This document shows, in pieces, positions 1-7,999 of a stretch of DNA of 41,751 nt. Each line of letters begins with the position of its first letter. Within the stretch, counting starts at the first letter, position 1. The DNA lies in the NCBI GenBank assembly GCA_041486645.1, contig JBGPLW010000001.1, positions 1 through 41,751 on the forward strand, read 5' to 3'. The notes below the pieces were generated by a model. The model was given only the letters and a program-made list of their open reading frames with translations, was not told where the DNA came from and did no database searches. Source of the stretch: Gaiellaceae bacterium (GTDB lineage: Bacteria; Actinomycetota; Thermoleophilia; Gaiellales; Gaiellaceae). The translations under genes and the position numbers were made by a program.

Positions 1-234
1 ATCACGCTGCAGGACATCTTCGCCGCCAAGCCGCCGGACGAGGAGCACAATCCGACCGGCGGCCGGTCGCGCCTGCTCTCGCCGCTGCAGTGCACGGGCC
101 TCAAGCCGCAGTTCCTCGAGAAGCTCGCCGCCAACGGCGTCGTTCTCCCGCCGAGCTTCTTCGGTCAGGAGGAGAACCCAGAGGCGCCGCGCTCGGCGTT
201 CTCGGCGACGAGCTTCGAAGGTGCATTCGAGTGA
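1..234 (+). CDS. 3' end of a CpaF/TadA-type pilus-assembly ATPase, truncated by the window edge
   Basis: Frame 1 is open from nt 1 to TGA at 232-234 (ITLQDIFAAK...LQCTGLKPQFLEKLAANGVVLP...). This tail resembles CpaF C-termini. The stop overlaps the ATG of the next gene (GTGATG), which belongs to a TadB/TadC platform pair. It is absent from the ORF track because it has no start in the window. Confidence 0.55.
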   Translation: MTLQDIFAAKPPDEEHNPTGGRSRLLSPLQCTGLKPQFLEKLAANGVVLPPSFFGQEENPEAPRSAFSATSFEGAFE

Positions 235-2093
235 TGCGCCGAGCCGTCACGGCGGTTGTCGTCGCACTCGCGCTCGTTCCCGTTGCCTCTGCCGCCTCGC
301 CGGTCAAGATCGCCGGAACCGACACAGCCGGCTACCCGCGCCTTGTCGTCAACGTCGTCACCGCGAGCCCGGCGGCGACTGCGCCGCGGCTGCGGGAGGA
401 CGGTGTGCCCGCCTCGGGCCTCGACGCCGTCAACCTCGGAGCGGCGAAGAGCGTCGTGGTGGCGATCGACAACTCGCAGTCGATGAAGGGCAAGTCGATC
501 GTCGACGCGGCTGCAGCTGCCCGCGCCTTCGTCGACGCGAAGGCTCCGGGAGATCGCGTCTCGGTCTTCTCCTTCGGCCGGCACACCCTTCAGCTGACGG
601 GCTTCTCGGCGTCGTCCGCCGAGGCCGACGGCGTGCTCCAGGGGCTGGCCGTCGACAGCAGCCCGGGAACGGCGCTGTACGACGGTGTCGTCGCGGCGGC
701 GAAGGCGCTGAGCGCGTCCACTCAGCCCGGCCGCGTGATCATCGTCCTCACCGACGGACGCGACGTGTCGAGCTCAGCCACGCTCGAGGCAGCCGTCGCT
801 GCCGCGCGAAGCGCTGATGCGTCGATCTACCCGATTGGGATCGAGAGCTCCGACTTCGATCCCGGCGCGCTTCGCACGCTGGCCGGTGAAACCGGCGGCA
901 CGTACCACGGCGCCGGGTCGACCGCTCAGTTGCAAGGCGTGTACGCGTCGATCGCCTCGGAGCTCGATCGAACCTGGCGCCTCGGCTATGTCACGTCGGC
1001 GCGCCCGGGCGATCGCGTCCGCCTTCGCGTCACCGTCGCCGGAGTGGGCGCGACCGAGGAGTCGCTCGCGGTGCCGGTGGCCTTCGGCCAGGCGGTCGAC
1101 GTTCCGCCGTCGCGCGCTCTGCCGGCGGTCGTCTACACGCCGGTTGGGACGGTTGCTCTCGGCCTGCTCGTGGGCGCGCTCGTCGCCGGCGCGCTCTTCT
1201 CCCTGACACGGATCCGGCGGCGGAACTGGGTGCAGCAGCGGCTCGCCCCGCACGTCGTCCAGACGGTGCAGCGCGGGAATCAGGCGGACCGGCTCTCGTT
1301 CCTGAAAGCGCTCTTCCGCGCGACGGAGGGAGCGTTCGGCCGGCATGCGAAGTGGCGCTCGATCGAGCGGATGCTCGTGCGCGGCGGCGTGCCGCTTCGT
1401 CCGGCGGAGTTCGTGTGGCTGATGATCGGGTGCGGCGTCGGAGCGGGACTGCTCTTCGGTGCTGCCGGCGCACCGGCGCTGCTCACGCTCGTCGCGTTGG
1501 GGGTCGGCGGCTTTCTTCCATACGGGTTCGTCGCCTACCGCGTGCGGCGCCGCGTCAAGGCGTTCGAGGAGCAGCTTCCGGACATCTTGACGACGATCGC
1601 AGCGACGTTGAAGGCCGGCCACTCGTTCAAGCACGGCCTGCAGGCAGTGCTCGACGAGGCGCAGCCGCCCGCCAGTGACGAGTTGAGGCGCGTGCTCACG
1701 GAGGCCGGCCTCGGTCGCCCGCTCGACGACGCGCTCGGCGACATGGCAGACCGCATCGGCTCGGAGAACTTTGGTTTTGCGATCACGGCCGTGACGATCC
1801 AGCGGCAGGTCGGTGGATCGCTCGCGACGCTCTTCGACATGGTCTCCGAGACTGTGCGAAACCGGCAGCAGTTCGCGCGCAAGATCCGCTCGCTGACCGC
1901 GATGGGGCGCATGTCGGCGTACACGCTCGTCGGTGTCCCCTTCTTCATCGCCGGGATCGTGTCGCTGATGAATCCCGAGTACATGCGGCCCCTCTTTCAT
2001 ACGTCTGCCGGCCACCTCCTGCTCTTCGCCGGGATCGGAATGATCGGTGTCGGCTCCTTGGTCCTGAAAAAGATCGTCTCCTTCAGAGGGTGA
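234..2093 (+). CDS. Fusion protein: signal peptide + extracytoplasmic von Willebrand factor A domain + TM + TadB-like T2SS-F platform domain
   Basis: ATG at 234 overlaps the upstream stop and gives a signal peptide MRRAVTAVVVALALVPVASAAS. VWA MIDAS motif DNSQSM (DxSxS) and downstream LTDGRD are present. A TM lies at ~aa 300-330. The C-terminal half matches the TadB/GspF pattern (LPDILTTIAATLKAGHSF...RKIRSLTAMGRMSAYTL). Confidence 0.85.
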   Translation: MRRAVTAVVVALALVPVASAASPVKIAGTDTAGYPRLVVNVVTASPAATAPRLREDGVPASGLDAVNLGAAKSVVVAIDNSQSMKGKSIVDAAAAARAFVDAKAPGDRVSVFSFGRHTLQLTGFSASSAEADGVLQGLAVDSSPGTALYDGVVAAAKALSASTQPGRVIIVLTDGRDVSSSATLEAAVAAARSADASIYPIGIESSDFDPGALRTLAGETGGTYHGAGSTAQLQGVYASIASELDRTWRLGYVTSARPGDRVRLRVTVAGVGATEESLAVPVAFGQAVDVPPSRALPAVVYTPVGTVALGLLVGALVAGALFSLTRIRRRNWVQQRLAPHVVQTVQRGNQADRLSFLKALFRATEGAFGRHAKWRSIERMLVRGGVPLRPAEFVWLMIGCGVGAGLLFGAAGAPALLTLVALGVGGFLPYGFVAYRVRRRVKAFEEQLPDILTTIAATLKAGHSFKHGLQAVLDEAQPPASDELRRVLTEAGLGRPLDDALGDMADRIGSENFGFAITAVTIQRQVGGSLATLFDMVSETVRNRQQFARKIRSLTAMGRMSAYTLVGVPFFIAGIVSLMNPEYMRPLFHTSAGHLLLFAGIGMIGVGSLVLKKIVSFRG

Positions 2094-2097
2094 GCAC

Positions 2098-3006
2098 ATG
2101 CTGCTTCTGATCATCGCCTCCGCCTGCTTCGCCGGCTCCGTGTACGTCCTCGGCCAGGTTGCGACGCAGCCCGAGCGCGAGCGGCGCTCACTGGTGCGGC
2201 GAGCCGCGCATTACGGCGCCGTCCGCACCGCCGCCTCTCGCGAAGAGCGGCTCTCGCTGCGCGAGCGCGTCGTGGTGCCCGCAGCGGCGCGGATCGCGCA
2301 GGCGATGCTGCGACTGAACCGCCGCGAGAATCTCGAGCAGGTGCAGCAGCGCTTGCTCGCCGCCGGCCTCAGCTCGGTGTCGCCGAGCAGCTTCCTCGCG
2401 ACGAAGGCTCTGCTCGCCGTCGGCGGCGGTCTCTTCGGCCTGGTGATCTGGGTCGGGACCGGAAGCGCCATGGGTTTCCTGATGCTCGTCGGCACGGCCG
2501 GGATCGGCTACATGGCCCCGAGCTTCGTCGTCGGCTCGCGCGTCCGCCGGCGCCGTGACGCCGTGCAGGCCGCCCTTCCGGACGCACTCGATCTCCTCGC
2601 AGTCAGCGTCGAGGCAGGACTCGGCTTCGACGCCGCGATCTCGAAGCTGGTCGAGCACATGGACGGGCCTCTGATCGACGAGTTCGGTCTCGCACTCAGC
2701 GAGATGCGCGTCGGTGAGGCGCGGCAGGACGCGCTGAAGAAGCTGTCGGCGCGCATCGACTCGCCGGAGCTCGGAGCGTTCGTGCGCGCGATCATCCAGG
2801 CAGACCAGCTCGGCATCTCACTCGGGCGCATCCTGCGCGTGCAGGCCGTCGACTCGCGCCTGAAGCGGCAGACCGCCGCCGAGGAGAAGGCGATGAAAGC
2901 GCCGATCAAGATGCTGTTCCCGACCGTCGTCTTCATCTTCCCGGCGATGTTCATCGTCATTCTCGGGCCGGCAATGCTCAACCTCGCGAAGGTCTTCAAG
3001 CTCTGA
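2098..3006 (+). CDS. tadC: TadC-like type II secretion system F-family platform protein
   Basis: Starts 4 nt after the upstream stop. N-terminal TM. T2SS-F pattern LPDALDLLAVSVEAGLGFDAAI...RLKRQTAAEEKAMKAPIKMLFP, followed by a terminal TM. Confidence 0.85.
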   Translation: MLLLIIASACFAGSVYVLGQVATQPERERRSLVRRAAHYGAVRTAASREERLSLRERVVVPAAARIAQAMLRLNRRENLEQVQQRLLAAGLSSVSPSSFLATKALLAVGGGLFGLVIWVGTGSAMGFLMLVGTAGIGYMAPSFVVGSRVRRRRDAVQAALPDALDLLAVSVEAGLGFDAAISKLVEHMDGPLIDEFGLALSEMRVGEARQDALKKLSARIDSPELGAFVRAIIQADQLGISLGRILRVQAVDSRLKRQTAAEEKAMKAPIKMLFPTVVFIFPAMFIVILGPAMLNLAKVFKL

Positions 3007-4568
3007 TGGCGGGCGCGAGGGAAAAGGGCTTTGGCACCGGCCTGCGGGCGCAGCTCGAGAAGAAGCAGGACGCGCGCTCTGCCGCGCCGACCGACGCCGA
3101 GCACGGAGAGGAGCCGCGGTCGGTCAGCGAGGCAATCGCCGTCGCCACGCTTCAGGCGGAAGGTGTCACGGAGCTCCGGGCCGAGCTTGCAGCAGCGCGT
3201 GCGCGCGAGCAGGAGTTGCGTGCGTCACTTGCCGCACAGAAGCACGCAGTCGACATCGAGCAGCAGACGGTGCAGCGCACCGAGCAGCTCGATGAGCGGA
3301 TGGCGCAGCTCGCCGCGGCAGAGGCCACCGTCGCCGCACGCGAGCGCGCGGCCGCCGAGCAGTTTGCGGAGGCAGAAGCGCTCCGCGAGGCGATCGCCGC
3401 GCAGCACGAGTCGTTCACCGACGCCGGGACCAGGGCGGACGAACGCGAGCGGCAGATCGAGCTCAAGGCAAAGGAGCTGAAGGAGTCAGAAGCAGCACGC
3501 GCCGCGGCGGCGGCCGAGCTGAAGCAGCAGACCGCGGCGATCGCCGAGCGCGAGGCCGCGCTGTCGCAGGCGGAGAGTGAGGTTGCGCGTGGCCAGGCAC
3601 AGCTCGAAGCCGGGCTCGCGAAGCTCAGCGAGCTCGATCATCGAGAGGGGACGATCGGGCAGACACAGGCGGAACTCGAGCGGCGCGAAGCGGAGCTGCG
3701 CATCTCGGCGGAGCGGTTTGCAGGCATCGAGCAGCGCGAGGCGACCGTGGCGGCGCGCGAAGTGCACGTCGCCGAGACCGCTTCGGCGCTCGCGACGCGC
3801 GAGGCCGAGCTCGCCGCTGGTCTCGAGCGCTTTGCAGAGCTCGAGCAGCGCGAGCAGGCTGTGCGCGCGCGCGAAACGGAGCTGCGTGGGCAGGAAGAAC
3901 GAGTCAAGGTCGGGCTCGTGACTCAGAGCGAAGGCCTCGGCCGGCTCGCCGAGCTCCAGGCGCGCGAGGTCATGATCGCCGCCCGCGAGGCGGAGGTGCT
4001 TGCGCGCGAAGCGCTCGGGCGCGACCAGGTCGACCGCGACTCGGAGTCGGTGGCGACGCGTGCCCAGCTGCTCGACCGGCGCGAGCTGGAGCTCGCCGCA
4101 CGGGAAGCGGAGCTGCACCGCGCCGAAGCGGCGGTGGCCCGCGCGAGCTCGGAGCCGGACGGCGAGCTCGAAGCGGAGCTCGAGGCCGAGCGCCAGCGCC
4201 TGAGCGAGCGCGAGCGCTTCATCGCCGCGCGCGAGGCGGCGCTCGTGGAGCGCGAGGCCGAGCTCGAATCGAGAGTCGCGAGTGGCGGCGTCGCAGTTCC
4301 TATCGACGTCGGCGCGCGGACAACGGCGCTCGCCGAGCAGGAGCGCGAGCTTCTGTTGCGCGAAGCGCGGCTCGAGGCCGATGGCGACATCCGCGAGGAC
4401 AAGCTCGACAAGCGCGAGGCCGCCGTGGCGGAGCGGGAGGAGAAGCTCCGGCGCCGCGAGGGCGACCTCGGCGCCTACGTCGCGCAGGTGCAGGACGACT
4501 TCGACCGCCGCGACTCCGAGTGGTGGGCGAAGCAGCTGGGCGACAAGCCGCTGCAGGCCGCTTCCTAG
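3006..4568 (+). CDS. 520-aa Ala/Glu/Arg/Leu-rich coiled-coil protein with no TM; uncharacterised
   Basis: The ATG overlaps the tadC stop by 1 nt (TGATG). The sequence is heptad-like low complexity with about 12 REAEL-type motifs (REAEL, REAAL, RETEL, RELEL...). One roughly 38-aa unit is duplicated (REAELRISAERFAGIEQRE... / REAELAAGLERFAELEQRE...). The tail DFDRRDSEWWAKQLG is not repetitive. Confidence 0.75.
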   Translation: MAGAREKGFGTGLRAQLEKKQDARSAAPTDAEHGEEPRSVSEAIAVATLQAEGVTELRAELAAARAREQELRASLAAQKHAVDIEQQTVQRTEQLDERMAQLAAAEATVAARERAAAEQFAEAEALREAIAAQHESFTDAGTRADERERQIELKAKELKESEAARAAAAAELKQQTAAIAEREAALSQAESEVARGQAQLEAGLAKLSELDHREGTIGQTQAELERREAELRISAERFAGIEQREATVAAREVHVAETASALATREAELAAGLERFAELEQREQAVRARETELRGQEERVKVGLVTQSEGLGRLAELQAREVMIAAREAEVLAREALGRDQVDRDSESVATRAQLLDRRELELAAREAELHRAEAAVARASSEPDGELEAELEAERQRLSERERFIAAREAALVEREAELESRVASGGVAVPIDVGARTTALAEQERELLLREARLEADGDIREDKLDKREAAVAEREEKLRRREGDLGAYVAQVQDDFDRRDSEWWAKQLGDKPLQAAS

Positions 4569-4608
4569 CAACCTGCTTTCAAGCAGGTTGCAGTCGTTGG
4601 ACGACTGC
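4569..4608 (+). terminator. Two abutting perfect 8-bp stem-loops immediately after the coiled-coil gene stop; probable operon terminator or RNA-stability element
   Basis: caacctgc-tttcaa-gcaggttg (4569-4590) and gcagtcgt-tgg-acgactgc (4590-4608). There is no T-tract, as is common in high-GC actinobacteria. Confidence 0.5.
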
Positions 4609-4658
4609 AACGAGGCTGAAGCCTGGTTACGCCTCCCTGCTGCGGGCATCATGGTTCC

Positions 4659-5657
4659 GTGCCCCCGCTCGACGACATCACCCGCGGCCTCCGACTGCTG
4701 CGGGATCGCATCGCCGTCGCCGCCGGCGCGAACGACGCGCTCGACATCGTGCGCGAGCAGCTCGCGCGCCCGGAGCCCGCGCGGCCGCTCGCCGACCTCC
4801 AGCGCGAGCTCGACTCGCTCGTCGGGCTCGCAACGGTGAAGGAGCAGGTGCGCGGTCTCGTCGCGTTCCTCCAGGTGCAGGGCCGCCGCCTCGAGTACGG
4901 GCTGCCCGAGGTCGCGACGTCGCAGCATCTCGTCTTCCTCGGCAACCCGGGGACCGGCAAGACGACGATCGCGCGGCTGCTCGCGCAGATGTACCGCTCG
5001 ATGGGCCTGCTCGAGAAGGGTCATCTCGTCGAGGTCGATCGCGCCGACCTCGTCGGCGAGTACGTCGGCTCGACTGCGATCAAGACCGACCGCGCGATCC
5101 GGCGGGCGCTCGACGGCGTGCTGTTCATCGACGAGGCGTACTCGCTCGCGCCGCGCGGCGCGCAGCTCGACTTCGGCCCGGAGGCGATCGAGACGATCCT
5201 CAAGCGGATGGAGGACTACCGGCACCGGCTCGTCGTGATCGTCGCCGGGTATCCGCGGCTCATGCACAGCTTCCTCGACTCGAATCCGGGGCTGCGTTCA
5301 CGTTTCGCGCGCGAGATCGTCTTCCCCGACTACACGACCGGCGAGCTACTCGAGATCACGCGCGACATCGCCGCGCGCAACGAGTACACGCTCGCGCCGG
5401 ACGCCGAGCAGGAGCTGACGCGGATCTTCGACGGCGTCAAGCGCAGCGAGGGCTTCGGGAACGCACGCTTTGCACGCACGCTCTTCGAGCAGGCGCTGAA
5501 CACGCAGGCGCTCCGTCTCGCAGAGCAGAACGGCACGTCTCTGGCCGAGCTCGGCGCGACCGAGCTGATGGCGCTGCACGCGCCGGATCTCTCCGCCGCC
5601 GCCCGCGCGCTCGGCGAGGAGACGGCCGTCGCGCCGCGCCGCCGCTGGGGCCGTTAG
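4659..5657 (+). CDS. CbxX/CfxQ/SpoVK-type AAA+ ATPase
   Basis: GTG start. Walker [10 protein letters not shown], Walker [11 protein letters not shown], and the family-typical LVGL..VK..V lead-in and VIVAGY segment. Confidence 0.85.
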   Translation: MPPLDDITRGLRLLRDRIAVAAGANDALDIVREQLARPEPARPLADLQRELDSLVGLATVKEQVRGLVAFLQVQGRRLEYGLPEVATSQHLVFLGNPGTGKTTIARLLAQMYRSMGLLEKGHLVEVDRADLVGEYVGSTAIKTDRAIRRALDGVLFIDEAYSLAPRGAQLDFGPEAIETILKRMEDYRHRLVVIVAGYPRLMHSFLDSNPGLRSRFAREIVFPDYTTGELLEITRDIAARNEYTLAPDAEQELTRIFDGVKRSEGFGNARFARTLFEQALNTQALRLAEQNGTSLAELGATELMALHAPDLSAAARALGEETAVAPRRRWGR

Positions 5658-5685
5658 CCGCGGCCAGCTGATTCAATGCGGCGCG

Positions 5686-6573
5686 ATGGCGTCAGCGTCC
5701 GCGACCCTTCCGCTCGCGGCGCAGCACCGCCGCGGCCGCGCGTACGTCGCGCTCGCGGCGGTCGCCTGGTCGACGGCGGGCATCCTCCAGCGCGAGCTCT
5801 CCGTCGGTGTGCCGACGCAGCTCGCGGGGCGCGCGTTCTTCGCGGTGGTCGGGCTGCTCGCGTACATCGCCGTTGCGGAGCGCGGTGCAGTCGTGCGTGC
5901 CTTCCGTGCGATCGGCCGCGGCGGCCTCGCGGTCGCTGCCTTGATGGCGATCTCGTCCGGCTCGTTCCTGATTGCGCTGAACCACGCGACGGTTGCGAGC
6001 ATCCTCTTCATGCAGGCGCTCGCGCCGCTGCTCGCCGCGGTGCTCGGCATGCTGCTCGGCGAGCCCGTCTCGCGGCGCACCTGGCTCGCGATGACGATCG
6101 CCATCGGCGGCGTCGCGCTGATGGTCGGCGGCCCCGGCCGCCCGAGCGCACTCGGCCTCGGGCTATCCGTCCTGATGACGTCGTCGTTCGCGGGGACGCT
6201 TGTGATCACGCGGCACCTACGCGACGTCTCGATGGCGCCGGCCACGTGCCTCTCGCAGGTCGTCGTGTTCGTCGCCGCAGTTCCGTTCACGCATCCCGGC
6301 GCGGTCGGCGCGCGCGACGCCGGCCTGCTCGTCGCGCTCGGCGTCGGGCAGATCGGCCTCGGTCTCGTCTTCCTCACGATCGGCGGGAGGCTCATCCCCG
6401 CCGCCGAGGTTGCGCTCATCACGCTGCTCGAGGCCGTGCTCGGCCCACTCTGGGTGTGGGCGTTCCTCTCGGAGCAGCCGAGCGCCGCGACGCTTGCCGG
6501 CGGCGCGATCGTGCTCGCGGCCGTCGCGATTCAGGCAGGGCGCGCCGTGGGCCAGGCACCGCCGCCGCCCTGA
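5686..6573 (+). CDS. EamA/DMT-family permease
   Basis: About 10 hydrophobic helices and two-fold internal symmetry typical of EamA repeats (AVAWSTAGIL..., LSEQPSAATLAGGAIVLAAV). Confidence 0.75.
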   Translation: MASASATLPLAAQHRRGRAYVALAAVAWSTAGILQRELSVGVPTQLAGRAFFAVVGLLAYIAVAERGAVVRAFRAIGRGGLAVAALMAISSGSFLIALNHATVASILFMQALAPLLAAVLGMLLGEPVSRRTWLAMTIAIGGVALMVGGPGRPSALGLGLSVLMTSSFAGTLVITRHLRDVSMAPATCLSQVVVFVAAVPFTHPGAVGARDAGLLVALGVGQIGLGLVFLTIGGRLIPAAEVALITLLEAVLGPLWVWAFLSEQPSAATLAGGAIVLAAVAIQAGRAVGQAPPPP

Positions 6574-6580
6574 GCGAGCG

Positions 6581-7198
6581 TCACGATGCTGTCGCGCGAC
6601 GCTGCCAGCGCTCGTTCCAGTTGTCCCGCGTGAGGCCGGAGATGAGCGCGCGCTGGAGGAGCTGCCCCGCGTTGCCTCGCCCGAGCAGGTGCACGCGAAT
6701 CGGCAGCTCCTGCAGCTGCAGCGCGACCGTCGTCTCCATTGCGGGCAGCGAGCGCTCTTCCTCTGCGGCATACGCGGCGCGCGCGCTCGGGCGCCGGCTC
6801 ACGCGCACGTCCCAGCTCGTCACGCCTGCTGCCTTGTCCCAGCTGAGCGCCGCGGTCTCCGCCGTGCCGCTGCGGCGCACGTCCATGTTCCCGGTGATCG
6901 TGGGCTTCGTGCGAAACGCGGGGCGGCGCGCGGGCCGCACCGGCGTCGCGGGCGGCGGGGTGGGCTCGCGGTCGACGAGCGTGCGGGCGCGCCGCACGGC
7001 GCTCAACCGCTCGAGCTGCTGAAGCGCCCGTTGCTGCGCCCGGTCCTTGCGACCGCCTGTCGCACCGACGCGTGCCTTCAATGCCCGCCAATCGGGCTCT
7101 ACTCCTGCCGCGATCTTCGCGCGCGCTTCCGCGACGATGGCCTCATACGGCGTGCCGGGCGCGTCGGAGTCGCCGGGTGGGGGCAGTGCCGCTTGCAT
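6581..7198 (-). CDS. Hypothetical protein (205 aa)
   Basis: The internal ATG at 7198 (MQAALPPPGD...) avoids overlap with the divergent gene at 7253. The composition is balanced (W, D, E, K). The ORF-track start at 7588 is probably a spurious extension. No recognisable motifs. Confidence 0.45.
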   Translation of the reverse strand: MQAALPPPGDSDAPGTPYEAIVAEARAKIAAGVEPDWRALKARVGATGGRKDRAQQRALQQLERLSAVRRARTLVDREPTPPPATPVRPARRPAFRTKPTITGNMDVRRSGTAETAALSWDKAAGVTSWDVRVSRRPSARAAYAAEEERSLPAMETTVALQLQELPIRVHLLGRGNAGQLLQRALISGLTRDNWNERWQRRATAS

Positions 7199-7252
7199 GG
7201 TCACGAGCTTACGAGTTGAGCGCGTGCCGACGGCGGCATACCGTGTGAGCCG

Positions 7253-7999
7253 GTGAACGCGCGTCCGCCGTCGACGGTTCCCGAGGTGATCGCGCGGCTG
7301 CGTGCCCTCGAATCGTCGCCCTCGCGTTCCGACGGCGTTGCCTGCTTTGCACGGCTCTATCGCGAGGTGACCGAAGGCGTCGCCGCAGAGCTCGGTCGGC
7401 ACACCTTCGCGAACGGCCGCTTCCTGAAACGCCTCGACGTCTGCTTCGCGAGCTTGTTCTTCACTGCGCTCGACGAGTACGAGCGAGCGCCCGCAAGCGC
7501 GCCGCGCGCGTGGTTGCCCCTGTTCGCGCAGCGATCGAGGAAAGGGGTGGCGCCGCTGCAGTTCGCCCTGGCGGGAATGAACGCGCACATCAACCGCGAC
7601 CTGCCGGTCGCACTCGTCGCCACCTGTCGCGAGCTCGGGATCGACTTACGTGACGGATCGCCGGAACAGGGGGACTTCGAGCGGGTGAACGGCCTGCTGG
7701 CGGGGGTCGAGGCGCGCGTCAAGCGATCGTATGTCACAGGGTGGCTCTCGATTGCCGACCGGCTCGTGCATCGCTTTCACCGCATCGACGACGTGATCGC
7801 GATGTGGGACGTCGAACGGGCGCGCGCTGCAGCCTGGACGAACGGGATTGCGCTCTGGAAGCTGCGCGACGACCCGGAGCTGACGGCGAGCTTTCTCCTC
7901 AAGCTCGACCGCATGGTCGGTCTCGCAAGCCGCGGCTTCATGATTCCTGCGGACACGACGCTCCAGAGGCTCGGTCGCTTCTTCGCGAGGCGAGCCTAG
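7253..7999 (+). CDS. Hypothetical protein, possibly DUF5995-like
   Basis: 248-aa ORF with GTG start. The motif LQFALAGMNAHINRDLP recalls DUF5995 proteins, but this is from memory and not verified. Confidence 0.55.
   Translation: MNARPPSTVPEVIARLRALESSPSRSDGVACFARLYREVTEGVAAELGRHTFANGRFLKRLDVCFASLFFTALDEYERAPASAPRAWLPLFAQRSRKGVAPLQFALAGMNAHINRDLPVALVATCRELGIDLRDGSPEQGDFERVNGLLAGVEARVKRSYVTGWLSIADRLVHRFHRIDDVIAMWDVERARAAAWTNGIALWKLRDDPELTASFLLKLDRMVGLASRGFMIPADTTLQRLGRFFARRA

Noticed and set aside
90-233. N-terminal extension of the 667-aa track ORF (start at 90)
   Set aside because: This stretch lies inside the CpaF-like coding frame, which ends at 234, and encodes Arg-rich junk. The ATG at 234 gives a clean signal peptide and a classic stop/start overlap.
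774-2114. 446-aa minus-strand ORF antisense to the VWA-TadB gene
   Set aside because: The composition is Arg/Asp/Glu/Pro-rich with no motifs. It is a typical high-GC shadow ORF opposite a gene with clear VWA and T2SS-F motifs.
3486-5267. 593-aa minus-strand ORF spanning the coiled-coil and AAA+ genes
   Set aside because: It is antisense to two genes with strong evidence (Walker motifs, translational coupling). It crosses the hairpin-containing intergenic region, and its sequence is a low-complexity mirror of the Ala/Glu/Arg repeats.
5673-7022. Long Arg-rich ORFs (5673-6422 minus, 5676-7022 plus, 6410-7219 plus) overlapping the EamA gene and the 6581-7198 gene
   Set aside because: Extreme Arg/Ala/Pro content and no hydrophobic or catalytic patterning. 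The EamA frame gives a coherent 10-TM protein.
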